This document shows positions 21,882-31,129 of a stretch of 64,000 nucleotides of DNA, one piece after another. Source of the stretch: Promethearchaeia archaeon (GTDB lineage Archaea > Asgardarchaeota > Lokiarchaeia > Sigyniarchaeales > SOKP01); contig JAHQWL010000040.1 in the NCBI GenBank assembly GCA_029856155.1, positions 96,001-160,000 on the forward strand, in the 5' to 3' direction. Each line of letters starts with the position of its first letter. Within the stretch, counting starts at the first letter, position 1. Under the pieces are notes generated by a model. The model ran no database searches and was not told the DNA's origin. It saw only the letters and a list, made by a program, of their open reading frames with translations. The position numbers and the translations under genes are program-made.

Positions 21882-22751
21882 TTATAAATTATCTTCTTGT
21901 TGACTTCTTGTCTGACTTCTTGTCTGACTTCTTGTCTGACTTTGCTGTTCTTGACGGTACACAGGAACAATTTTTGAAGTAAAATCGTCTAGTGAGTATC
22001 GAAACTCATCTTCACTTGATATTTTACCTAACTCTAACAAAATTTGTCGTGCTAAAAGCCAGAATGCTAACCCTAATGCTTTTTTACCGCGATTATTAGC
22101 TGGGATCGCAAGATCTATGCCTGTAAGAGTGTCATCGGTATCAAATAGAGATACTACAGGAATTCGAGCTAATTTAGCTTCTCGTAAAACTACTTTATCT
22201 GCATGAGGATCTACAATCACTACAACACTTGCGTCTTTAATATAGGTATCAATGATAGGATTAGTAAGTGAGCCTGGAATAAACCTTGTAGTTATTGCTC
22301 TACATCCTAAGACTTCACAAAATTTTTTTACTGGTTCTTTCCCATATCGTCGAACTGAAGTAACAATGACTCTATCGCTTCCTTCTTCAACATATTTGCT
22401 TAAATATTTAGCAGCAATTTTAAGTCGTTCGTCGGTTTGAGTTAAATCAATAACATATAATCCATAATTAGTCTGCCTATAGATGAATCTTCGAGCATCT
22501 CCAGTTAACAATTTAGTTCCAATATGTATCCCACAACTTAAATAAAGCTGTTTTCTCTCCTCGTCTTTATCAATTAATTCTTCTTTTATCTCAATTCCTG
22601 CTTCTATATCGTTAGCGTCTAATAAATCAAGTTCCTCTTCTAAATCTAAATCTTCTTCAAAATCAATATCGAATTCTTCGCTAAAATCTTCTAGATCGTC
22701 GTTTTTTTTCGTACTTTCTGGTTCTTCAGTTTTCTTTTTCTTTCGAGCCAA
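21882..22751 (-). CDS. rps2: 30S ribosomal protein uS2 with acidic N-terminal extension and repeat tail
   Basis: YLSCGIHIGTK, RFIPGSLTNP, DLAIPANNRGKKAL. Confidence 0.95.
   Translation of the reverse strand: MARKKKKTEEPESTKKNDDLEDFSEEFDIDFEEDLDLEEELDLLDANDIEAGIEIKEELIDKDEERKQLYLSCGIHIGTKLLTGDARRFIYRQTNYGLYVIDLTQTDERLKIAAKYLSKYVEEGSDRVIVTSVRRYGKEPVKKFCEVLGCRAITTRFIPGSLTNPIIDTYIKDASVVVIVDPHADKVVLREAKLARIPVVSLFDTDDTLTGIDLAIPANNRGKKALGLAFWLLARQILLELGKISSEDEFRYSLDDFTSKIVPVYRQEQQSQTRSQTRSQTRSQQEDNL
21901..21942. repeat. 12-bp tandem repeat TGACTTCTTGTC x3.5 encoding (SQTR)n in the uS2 C-terminal tail
   Basis: Directly visible perfect repeat. Confidence 0.95.
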
Positions 22752-22981
22752 ATTAGTAGCCTTACTTTTTTTTTCTGACGTTAATTAAATTAAAATATAT
22801 TTATGTCTAACGAATTTATGAATATATTATTGAATACATAATAACTTTAATATTTTATTGAGCAGATTTTTCTAAACCCTTAAGAACTAAAGTTTTAATA
22901 TAGCAAAATGATTTTAATTATTAATATAACTTATTGAATATAACTATAATATATTCATTTAGATCGGTTTTGGTTTTAGTC

Positions 22982-23467
22982 ATGACTTCCTATCGATTAA
23001 TTATTGGCATCATTGTTGGTATAGTATTTAGCTTCTTTACTGTTTTTTTCTTTAACATGACGGTTATTTTAAACCAAATTCAATTATATGCAAAAACTGA
23101 CATAATAAGGATAGCTTCTTTATTAGCTGGAGCAAATTTTAATTTTAATATGATTTCATATATTACAGGAACACCAACTATCCTAGGTTTTTTTGCACCT
23201 GAAATTTTAGCATGGATTTTCATTGGTTATATCACAGGCTCAATAGCAAAAGGTTTAAGAAGAGGGACAATAGCCAGTTCATTAGTTGTTGTAATAGTAT
23301 TGTTGATTTGGATCATACTAAGCATCTTTTCTCAGGTGGATTTAATGGCTTTATTCCAAGGAACTCAATTAACTGAAACGCTAGGGGGAATAATTAGTGC
23401 ATTTTTAGGAGTCTTAATAGGAGGAGTAGCTGGTGGATTAATTAGTGGTCCTTATGAGGAGTTCTAA
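22982..23467 (+). CDS. Hypothetical multi-pass membrane protein
   Basis: About four hydrophobic Gly-rich helices; likely start at ATG 22982. Confidence 0.7.
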   Translation: MTSYRLIIGIIVGIVFSFFTVFFFNMTVILNQIQLYAKTDIIRIASLLAGANFNFNMISYITGTPTILGFFAPEILAWIFIGYITGSIAKGLRRGTIASSLVVVIVLLIWIILSIFSQVDLMALFQGTQLTETLGGIISAFLGVLIGGVAGGLISGPYEEF

Positions 23468-23639
23468 TAAAAATCTATTAGCAACCACATCTTTTCTTAC
23501 AAATTAGAAACTATATTCTATTATTAATGATCTATATATATTTATATTTTAAAGATTGCAGATATCTTGGTTAGAGTAATTATTTACGGATTTTTATAAT
23601 AACTCAAACTTAAAGTAAATTGGTTAATTATAAAAAATA

Positions 23640-24176
23640 ATGGTGAATAAAGAAGATATTTTGCCCGATCGAGAGTTTGCATTAGATCTATTAAGAAGAT
23701 TGAAAACCCCACTCTCAGTTAGACGCCATTCTGAAAAAGTTGCTGATAAAGCCATAGAAATAGCAAATAAAATAAAAAAAGCAAAATTAGATTTAAATTT
23801 GATTGAAATCGGGGCTTTATTGCATGATATTGGGAGATCTAAAACCCATGGTTTTGACCATGCATTAATAGGGGGTAAAATCTTAAGACAGAAAGGTTTT
23901 TCAGATAAACTCGCGAGAATCTGTGAAACTCATATTTTAGGTGGTTTAGATGAACAAGATGCTAAAAAAGTAGGATTACCTGAAAAAGATTATTTACCTA
24001 TTACTTTAGAAGAAAAAATAATATGTTTAGCAGATAAACATATGGCTGGTACGAGAGAAGTTTCAATCCAAGCCAGATTTAATAGATGGTTTCAAAAATA
24101 TGGAAGAAGTAAGATCTTGTTAAAATCAAAAAAAAGAATCGAAACTATTCAAAAAGAAATTGAAGAATTAATGTAG
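23640..24176 (+). CDS. HD/HDIG domain phosphohydrolase (archaeal TIGR00295-like)
   Basis: RRHS, ALLHDIGR, HALIGG, EEKIICLADK. Confidence 0.88.
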   Translation: MVNKEDILPDREFALDLLRRLKTPLSVRRHSEKVADKAIEIANKIKKAKLDLNLIEIGALLHDIGRSKTHGFDHALIGGKILRQKGFSDKLARICETHILGGLDEQDAKKVGLPEKDYLPITLEEKIICLADKHMAGTREVSIQARFNRWFQKYGRSKILLKSKKRIETIQKEIEELM

Positions 24177-24208
24177 CGAGTTATTTTAATGACTTGTTCT
24201 ATGGTTAA

Positions 24209-25519
24209 TTAACTAATATCGCAAAATAATTCTTGGTTTTTACATAAAAGCTCATAATCTTTATCTAATGAAAAGATTACATTTCGGATTATTAAACATG
24301 CATCCAATAATACTTGAGGGTCCACTTTCTCAGGTGTATCTACTTTATTATGAGTATATTTACCTCCCGCTCTTGTAACAATATCAACAGAATCATATCC
24401 CCTTAAATGAAATGGAACAGAATCAGTATGTGCTCCAGTAGACAGATGGAATCCTTTAATCTTCACGTTTTCTTCCATTGCTGCCTTATCTAGGTATTTA
24501 CTAAGTAAAGGAGCTATTTTTTTCCTAGGTAAAACCCCATACGATTTTAAATATTCTACCTGATTTTTTTGTTCATGAGCACAAGAAATCATATCTAAGT
24601 TAATTTGAAATACTCTACCCTTTATAAATTCGTCTTGATGGTCATTTACAAAAATCCTAGACCCCATTGTTCCTAGTTCTTCAGCAGAGAATTGACAGAA
24701 CCAAATATTGAAGTTATCAAGTGTGTTTTCTTTAAAAAACTCACTTAATTCAAACACTACTGCCATTCCTGAAGCATTATCTAAAGCTCCGGGTGAATTA
24801 TTAGAAGTATTTAAAAACATTAAAAATACATTTGAAATTGAGATTAGTATGGTAAAACTCCAGATACCACTCCCTATCACCAAGAGGTTTATATCAATTA
24901 TCGTATATGCATGAATAAATAAAATAATAAAAAAACCTCCAAGAAAAATTCCACCATATAACCACACTCTATATAAAAAGACTCTCCAATAAGTTTTGAA
25001 TGATTGAGATTTAGAATCTAAGTGAGCAGAAATAATAATATTACCCGCAGTATCTGCTGGCAAATTTTTTGCTGGCAATTTTATAACGACATTTGTTGCT
25101 GAAATAGTCTTTCCATAATATTCTCCCCAAAATCCCGGATGTTCAGGATGTTGTAAACCTTTAATAATTAAAAAAAATACGATTATCATAATTACGCATA
25201 TGATAATTGTAAAAAGTAAATTTATATAAGTAAACATTAAGATAAAAAGAGAAAATGTTAGGTTAATTACCATTATTAATTTTATAAGTGTAGTCGAGTA
25301 GAAATCAGAAAATTTAAAAGTTTTTTTTTGGATTTGTTGTTCATTAAATCCAATATTTTTAAAAGTCTTCTCTGTTAATTTAACAGCTTTTATTTCTCCG
25401 CTTGTTCCAGCTAGGCGTGGAAAACTGAAACTCTTAACATAATTAAATAAACGATCGACTTTAAACGAAAGATCTTTAATAGAATTCCCAGTTTTCAACT
25501 TTTTTAATAAAACTATCAA
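24209..25519 (-). CDS. Membrane-embedded M28 family metallopeptidase (paralog of 12722..13882)
   Basis: FSFPRLAGT, AHLDSKSQ, GALDNASG, AEELG, HTDSVPF. Confidence 0.85.
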   Translation of the reverse strand: MIVLLKKLKTGNSIKDLSFKVDRLFNYVKSFSFPRLAGTSGEIKAVKLTEKTFKNIGFNEQQIQKKTFKFSDFYSTTLIKLIMVINLTFSLFILMFTYINLLFTIIICVIMIIVFFLIIKGLQHPEHPGFWGEYYGKTISATNVVIKLPAKNLPADTAGNIIISAHLDSKSQSFKTYWRVFLYRVWLYGGIFLGGFFIILFIHAYTIIDINLLVIGSGIWSFTILISISNVFLMFLNTSNNSPGALDNASGMAVVFELSEFFKENTLDNFNIWFCQFSAEELGTMGSRIFVNDHQDEFIKGRVFQINLDMISCAHEQKNQVEYLKSYGVLPRKKIAPLLSKYLDKAAMEENVKIKGFHLSTGAHTDSVPFHLRGYDSVDIVTRAGGKYTHNKVDTPEKVDPQVLLDACLIIRNVIFSLDKDYELLCKNQELFCDIS

Positions 25520-25588
25520 TTATGATTTGAAATTTTCAATTTACATTATAGTATTGAAAATAAATGTTTTGTTACTTTTTTTTATAAT

Positions 25589-26194
25589 TTAGCTCAAATC
25601 TTTTAGTTTATCAAATATAATTTTCTGAATCTTTTCTTGAACAAATTCTATAATATCATCAGAATTAACAATAGAATAGCCTTCTTGTTTAGCACGGCTG
25701 AGATAAAGATTTCTTACTTTATCTAAGAACGAGTTATCCTCAAATTTTTCCAAAACATCTTCTTCTTTCCTTGCTAATGCCGTTTTTGGATCGATATCTA
25801 AAATAATTGTTATATCGGGTAATTCTACAAATTTATTAATTTCTATAACCCATTCAACAGAGATTTTATCTGATTGTAACGATTGATATACTATAGAAGA
25901 TTCCAAATAACGATCGGATATAACGATATACCCTTCTTCTAGTTTTTTCTTGATTTCGTTATGATAATGCAAGTTTCTATCAGTAGCAAATAATAACGCA
26001 TCAGTAGCAGGTGGGACATTTTTATCTTTTAAATATTTCCTGACTAATTTCCCAATATCGCTTTCAGACGGTTCCATCGTTAAATAAACTTTAAACCCCT
26101 TGCTTTCTAAAAAACCTTTAAGAAGGTGACTATGAGTGCTTGTGCCTGATCCATCAATCCCTTCTAATGCGATAAATAAAGATTTTTGCTTCAA
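25589..26194 (-). CDS. tmk: Thymidylate kinase
   Basis: FIALEGIDGSGTST, LLFATDR, ISDRYLESSIVYQ. Confidence 0.93.
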   Translation of the reverse strand: MKQKSLFIALEGIDGSGTSTHSHLLKGFLESKGFKVYLTMEPSESDIGKLVRKYLKDKNVPPATDALLFATDRNLHYHNEIKKKLEEGYIVISDRYLESSIVYQSLQSDKISVEWVIEINKFVELPDITIILDIDPKTALARKEEDVLEKFEDNSFLDKVRNLYLSRAKQEGYSIVNSDDIIEFVQEKIQKIIFDKLKDLS

Positions 26195-26395
26195 ATTAAA
26201 TCAAAAAATAAATTATATTTTAGCTATAATTCAACTAAGATTTTGTAAATTATTATCAATAAGAACTTATTTGTTTTATTTTTAATTAACTCATTTTATT
26301 AAATTTTTAACAAATTAAAGCACAAGGGAATATTATAATAAATTCTTATAGAATCCTACCACAAAAATTAAAATAATTAAATATTCTTATTTAAA

Positions 26396-26785
26396 ATGAG
26401 AGCAATGCGTAAACATAATAAATTCGCATATTGCAAGAATTGTGAGAAAGAAATTTTAAGACCTAAAAGAAAATCCATAGAGAATATGTACATTAATATC
26501 TGGATTCTAGCATTTATTTCTTCATTAGGTTTTGCAATAGTTCCCTTTCTCATTTATCGTTATGTAATTTTAAAAAGAAATATTTGCCCAAATTGCCAAA
26601 ATCAACTAAGTATTTATAATTCTCATGAAGAGATTCCAGATCCAAAAGCCCAAATTAGCCGAATACTTCAAAAAATTGAAGATGAAAAAAAAGAATATGA
26701 CAAGGTTTACTGTCCATATTGTAAGCAAGAAATATTAAAAGAATTAAAAAACTGTCCAAGTTGTGGTGCACACCTAATAGAATAA
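26396..26785 (+). CDS. LITAF-like zinc-ribbon membrane protein with C-terminal double zinc ribbon
   Basis: CKNC-hydrophobic hairpin-CPNC, then CPYC/CPSC. Confidence 0.65.
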   Translation: MRAMRKHNKFAYCKNCEKEILRPKRKSIENMYINIWILAFISSLGFAIVPFLIYRYVILKRNICPNCQNQLSIYNSHEEIPDPKAQISRILQKIEDEKKEYDKVYCPYCKQEILKELKNCPSCGAHLIE

Positions 26786-26861
26786 AAATTTAAATTAATA
26801 TTTATATTCATAATCTTAAAGCCTAAAGGAATAAAATAAAAATCAAATATAATTACGTAAA

Positions 26862-27239
26862 ATGACAACTACAAATCCTACAGGATATTGCAGCCGCTGT
26901 AACCAAGAAGTTTTGTTGAAACGTGAAGAGATTGATACTTGTCTCGCAATAGTATTGTTGATTTTTACAGCGGGAATTGGTTTACTAATTTACCTCGCAA
27001 TCTATTACAGTAAACCTGAAGATAGATGCGTTCATTGTGGAACAAAAATTACTGTTTTTCAAACTCCAAGCCCCTATACTTATCAACCTCAACCTCAACA
27101 ACCATCATATTCAGCACCTTTAAATATATCCGAAGAAATAACAGGCTCTAGACCTAATTTTTGTTCTCTTTGTGGAGAAAAATTAGACTCAGGTATAAGT
27201 TATTGTCCGAACTGCGGGAGTAAAATTTCTGAAAATTAG
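26862..27239 (+). CDS. LITAF-like zinc-ribbon membrane protein with C-terminal double zinc ribbon
   Basis: CSRC-hydrophobic-CVHC, Pro/Gln linker, CSLC/CPNC. Confidence 0.7.
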   Translation: MTTTNPTGYCSRCNQEVLLKREEIDTCLAIVLLIFTAGIGLLIYLAIYYSKPEDRCVHCGTKITVFQTPSPYTYQPQPQQPSYSAPLNISEEITGSRPNFCSLCGEKLDSGISYCPNCGSKISEN

Positions 27240-27371
27240 TTTTTTTATGATTTTTTACTTAGTACAGACGTTTTTGCATACTAATTTTAAAAATTGGACT
27301 CCCATTTTTTTTAATTCAATTAAAATCTTCTTCTAATTAAATAAAAATAAAAAAATTTGGGATGATAAAAA

Positions 27372-27737
27372 ATGTATTGTCCAAAATGTAATATGAATGT
27401 TTATACAAAAAAGAATGAATTTAATATTGGCTTGGCGATTATTTTAGCTATTTTCACAGGGGGTATTGGCCTATTGATTTATGTTGCGATCTATTTAGAT
27501 AAGGAACATAAACCTCGTTGCATTCATTGTGATTCAGTATGTTATGATCAAAAAGAAACTGACCAACAAAGTTCAAATTATCAAGTAATAAACGTTTCTC
27601 ATCAACCAGAGAGTCCAAAAGTTAGTGGAAAATCGCAAAAAATTGAAGAGAAATCATTCTTTTGTTATAATTGTGGAACTGAATTAGACAAAAGTGAGAA
27701 TGCTAAATTCTGTGCACTTTGTGGAAGTTCAATATAA
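27372..27737 (+). CDS. LITAF-like zinc-ribbon membrane protein with C-terminal double zinc ribbon
   Basis: CPKC-LAIILAIFTGGIGLLIY-CIHC, CYNC/CALC; paralog of the previous gene. Confidence 0.7.
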   Translation: MYCPKCNMNVYTKKNEFNIGLAIILAIFTGGIGLLIYVAIYLDKEHKPRCIHCDSVCYDQKETDQQSSNYQVINVSHQPESPKVSGKSQKIEEKSFFCYNCGTELDKSENAKFCALCGSSI

Positions 27738-27821
27738 TAATTTTTTTAATTTTTTTTTCTTTTAAAATCTTTTTAAATTTATCAATTTTATTGCTATAAT
27801 TAATCAAAATTTTAACCTTTA

Positions 27822-28691
27822 TTAGCTCTCCCCAAGAAATTCAATTACTTTTTTTCTCATTAAACTAGTATTAGGTTTTTTGTTTGTCCACCATTCAAAT
27901 GCTAAAGCTCCCTGATTAACTAACATATCTAAGCCTCCTAGTGTTTTGCATCCTTTCTGAGCAGCATCAGTTATTAATTTAGTTTTTAATGGGTTGTACA
28001 CTACATCATAGACAATTAAATCTTCATGCAAAAATTCTTCAGGTATTGGTGATATATTTACATTTGGATACATACCAACTGGAGTTGCATTAATAATAAT
28101 ATCGGCTTTTTTAGATTCATCTTTTAAAACATTATTACTCATTTGCTTCGCTTCAACATTTATCCCACTATATTTTTTAATTTGATTAGAAAGTTTCAAT
28201 GCTCGTTTTTCAGTTCTATTTACTATAACTAATTTGTTAACTTGTTCTGCCATTATATAGCTTAAAGCTCTTGCTGCTCCACCAGCTCCTAATAATAAGA
28301 CATTTTTTCCTGAAATTTTGTACCCTGCATTTAATAGTGCTCTCATAGCTCCTTCCGCATCTGTATTTTTCCCAGTTAAGTACCCCTTATCATTTTTTAT
28401 TGCATTTACGGCTCCAATTTTCTTTGTAATAGGATCAATTTCATCTAAATATTTCATTATTTTTTGCTTAAAAGGAATTGTCACATTAATTCCGATGATA
28501 TTAAATGTTTTAATTCCCTTCACAGCAAGCTTCAAATTAGAAGGAAAAATATTGAATGCTAAATAAATATAATCAAGGTGTAATTCACGTATCGCAGTAT
28601 TATGCATAATTGGACTCATAGAATGTTCAATTGGATACCCAATAATACATAGAACTTTTGTATGAGCAGTAACAAAATCCTTGTCGATCAT
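27822..28691 (-). CDS. aroE: Shikimate dehydrogenase
   Basis: HSMSP, NVTIPFK, NTDAEG, GAGGAARA, MLVNQGA. Confidence 0.95.
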   Translation of the reverse strand: MIDKDFVTAHTKVLCIIGYPIEHSMSPIMHNTAIRELHLDYIYLAFNIFPSNLKLAVKGIKTFNIIGINVTIPFKQKIMKYLDEIDPITKKIGAVNAIKNDKGYLTGKNTDAEGAMRALLNAGYKISGKNVLLLGAGGAARALSYIMAEQVNKLVIVNRTEKRALKLSNQIKKYSGINVEAKQMSNNVLKDESKKADIIINATPVGMYPNVNISPIPEEFLHEDLIVYDVVYNPLKTKLITDAAQKGCKTLGGLDMLVNQGALAFEWWTNKKPNTSLMRKKVIEFLGES

Positions 28692-28716
28692 ATTAATTAT
28701 TTAAGATATATTTGCC

Positions 28717-29337
28717 TTAATCTATTATCTCATCATCAAAATGGCTCTCAAATTCTTTTGAGCGAACCATCGTAACTTGTCTATATCTTTCAAAGCGATT
28801 CTCCCATTTTGCATCAGCATTAAACGCAATCTTAGCAAATTCAATTGATTTTATTGCTTTAATCAATCCTTCTTTCTCTTTAGGACTATAAATTCTAATA
28901 GGATCTCCAATAGCTATGTTATTTGGAGGAATAAAAGAATTTGCGGGAACAACTGTATTTGCATGAACAAAAGCCCCAACGGCTATTGCGGCACCAGATT
29001 GAACAATAGCACCTTGTAAAACAGTGGCCCCCGTTGCTACATATGAATTAGACTCAACCTCACAACCAATAAGAGTTGATTGTGGTGAGACAAAAACATG
29101 AGCCCCAATTATTACTGGATGCTCGCGATTTCCCGATGCTGTAGCTCTAAGAACAGCATTTTCACATATTATTGAGCATTCACCAATTTCGATCTTAGAA
29201 CCTTCTGAATCAAGGACAGAACCGTACATTATCCTTGAATCTTTTCCAATCAAAATATTACCTATAACTGCTGCTGTGGGTGCTATAAATACAGAGGAAT
29301 CAAATTTAGGTTCGAAACCCCGATGTTTTATTATAAT
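28717..29337 (-). CDS. Gamma-carbonic anhydrase/hexapeptide-repeat protein, probable ATT start
   Basis: Frame extends 28 codons upstream of the ORF-track start (IIIKHRGFEPKFDSSVFIAPTAAVIGNI, the typical N-terminus) up to a TGA; GGTGA SD 6 nt before ATT at 29337. Confidence 0.8.
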   Translation of the reverse strand: MIIKHRGFEPKFDSSVFIAPTAAVIGNILIGKDSRIMYGSVLDSEGSKIEIGECSIICENAVLRATASGNREHPVIIGAHVFVSPQSTLIGCEVESNSYVATGATVLQGAIVQSGAAIAVGAFVHANTVVPANSFIPPNNIAIGDPIRIYSPKEKEGLIKAIKSIEFAKIAFNADAKWENRFERYRQVTMVRSKEFESHFDDEIID

Positions 29338-29497
29338 TCTCTTTCACCTTATATTATTTTCAACGGATTTTGATTACTTACTAATTTTTTATTATTTAAG
29401 AGTTTTATAGGAAAATTTGATAATATTCAAATTAAAACTATTTAATAAGTTAAAAATTAAAATAATTAATAATTCAAACTAATAAAATGATATTAGA

Positions 29498-30061
29498 ATG
29501 AAAAAAGTAGACTTAAGTCCAAAAATCTCAACTTTTCCTATGCCCGTGGCAGTTATTTCTGTAGGAACAGGCGAAGACGCTAATTTAATAACATTAGCAT
29601 ATGTAGGAAAAGTTTGCTTTGAACCTCCTATTATTGCTATTTCTATACAACCTAAGCGACATTCTTTTCATTTAATTGAAAAACACAGTGAATTTGTTAT
29701 TAATTATCCGACCCTAGACCAATTAAGAGAAACTGATTATTGTGGAACACGTTCTGGAAGAGAAGTTAATAAATGGAAAAAATTAAATCTAACAAAGCAA
29801 GATGCTTCTGTTGTAAAAATTCCAATGGTAAAAGAGTTTCCATGGAACATGGAATGTAAAGTTATTAAAAGAATAGAACTTGGTTCACATATATGTTATT
29901 TTGGTAAAGTTGTTGCTACACATTCTGATCCTATCTATGTAAAAAATGAAGCTTTGGATCCAGGAAAATTTAACTTTCCCGCATATATATCAGGTAACTA
30001 CCTTGAATTAAAAAAAGGTGTTTTAGAAAAACATGGATTTACATTAGAATCATCATTCTAA
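29498..30061 (+). CDS. Flavin reductase-like (flavoredoxin) protein
   Basis: PMPVAVIS, EFVINYP, YCGTRSGR, MECKV, GSH. Confidence 0.88.
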   Translation: MKKVDLSPKISTFPMPVAVISVGTGEDANLITLAYVGKVCFEPPIIAISIQPKRHSFHLIEKHSEFVINYPTLDQLRETDYCGTRSGREVNKWKKLNLTKQDASVVKIPMVKEFPWNMECKVIKRIELGSHICYFGKVVATHSDPIYVKNEALDPGKFNFPAYISGNYLELKKGVLEKHGFTLESSF

Positions 30062-30107
30062 AAAGACATGTATAAAGCACTCAATAAAATAATGAATGTA
30101 ATTTAAT

Positions 30108-30638
30108 ATGCTTAAAGATTCCATTGCTCTTATTGGTTTTATGGCTACTGGAAAAACAACCGTAGGCAAAGCGTTAACTAAATATCTTGGTGATGATTAT
30201 CAATTTATTGAAACAGATCAGCTTATAATTCAAAAAATTGGTAAAACAATTCCACAAATATTTGATGAAGATGGAGAAAGCAAATTTAGAGAATATGAAA
30301 GTTCTGTGTGTGAGAAAGTTTCTGAATTACACAAAGTAGTGATTTCATGTGGGGGTGGCGTAGTTTTGAATAAGAGTAATATTGACAATTTAAAGAAAAA
30401 CAGTTATATTGTCTTATTAAAAGCTAATTTAGAGGAAATTTATAAGAGATCAAAAAAAAACGGAGTAGAAATAAGGCCAATCATTAATAAAGAAGATTTT
30501 AAAAGAGAAATAAAAAAAATTCAAAATATTCGAAAATCCAATTATGAAGAAGCGGCAGAAATTGTTATTGATACAACTAAAAAAAAAGTGAAGCAAATTG
30601 TAAGAGAGATTGTTATAAAAACCCACTTAAAAACCTAA
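30108..30638 (+). CDS. aroK: Shikimate kinase (bacterial-type AroK)
   Basis: LIGFMATGKTTVG, GESKFREYE, SCGGG. Confidence 0.92.
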   Translation: MLKDSIALIGFMATGKTTVGKALTKYLGDDYQFIETDQLIIQKIGKTIPQIFDEDGESKFREYESSVCEKVSELHKVVISCGGGVVLNKSNIDNLKKNSYIVLLKANLEEIYKRSKKNGVEIRPIINKEDFKREIKKIQNIRKSNYEEAAEIVIDTTKKKVKQIVREIVIKTHLKT

Positions 30639-30696
30639 ATTTATATAAATATAATCTACAAATTATGTAAAATAATTTAAATAGAGTTAGGCTAAT

Positions 30697-30896
30697 ATGG
30701 CTGATTATAAAAGAGTAAAATGTCCTAAATGCGGAAATGATAATCCACGGATGCTTCATGAAGAACCGGATAAGAGTATTGTACTTTACTATAGTATAAG
30801 TATCGCTTTTTCAGCATACTGCTAACGCAGGGTACTCCGGTTTATGCAAAAAACATGAAGTGTGGAGGATGCGGAAATCTTTTTAAAAAGGAGTAA
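30697..30896 (+). CDS. 56-aa zinc-ribbon protein split by a 29-nt BHB intron (exons 30697-30797, 30827-30896)
   Basis: Spliced product MADYKRVKCPKCGNDNPRMLHEEPDKSIVLYYSMQGTPVYAKNMKCGGCGNLFKKE joins CxxC and CxxC; the unspliced frame stops at TAA 30823. Confidence 0.85.
30798..30826 (+). other. BHB-type mRNA intron, 29 nt
   Basis: Central helix TAGT(30792-95)/GCTA(30821-24); bulges AT^A and AC^G; inner helix AGTAT/ATACT; excision restores the frame. Confidence 0.85.
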
Positions 30897-30986
30897 TTCA
30901 TCAAAGAAAAATATCTATTTTTCAATTTTCTTATTTTTTAATTTTCATTTCTTAGAATTAAAAATAGAATAAGGGGGATTAAAATA

Positions 30987-31125
30987 TTGAAACCTATTTT
31001 GATTGTTGAAGATAACGAGGAAAATATGTATTTTTTGAATTATTTTTAGAAAAACATAAATATAGAGAATTTCAAGCTTGGATTGGTTATAATGGCTTAA
31101 AGACTACCCTAAAAGATAGATTCTG
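30987..31125 (+). pseudogene. Degenerate response-regulator receiver fragment
   Basis: LKPILIVEDNEENMYFLNYF*, continuing after a frameshift as LEKHKYREFQAWIGYNGL; truncated before the GH57 stop. Confidence 0.6.
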
Positions 31126-31129
31126 TTCT

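Noticed and set aside
21728-21970. 80-aa ORF with (RQEV)n repeats; the repeat as a possible CRISPR array
   Set aside because: It is an alternative frame of the 12-bp repeat in the uS2 tail; there are no spacers and no cas genes.
30800-30830. Spliceosomal-looking intron GTATCGCTTTT...TACTGCTAACGCAG (GT-AG with branch-point-like CTAAC)
   Set aside because: GT-AG excision removes 31 nt and does not restore the frame (length must be 2 mod 3), while the BHB cut of 29 nt does. The equivalent GT-AG cut in rpl11 (40022-40049) would leave the TAA at 40016.
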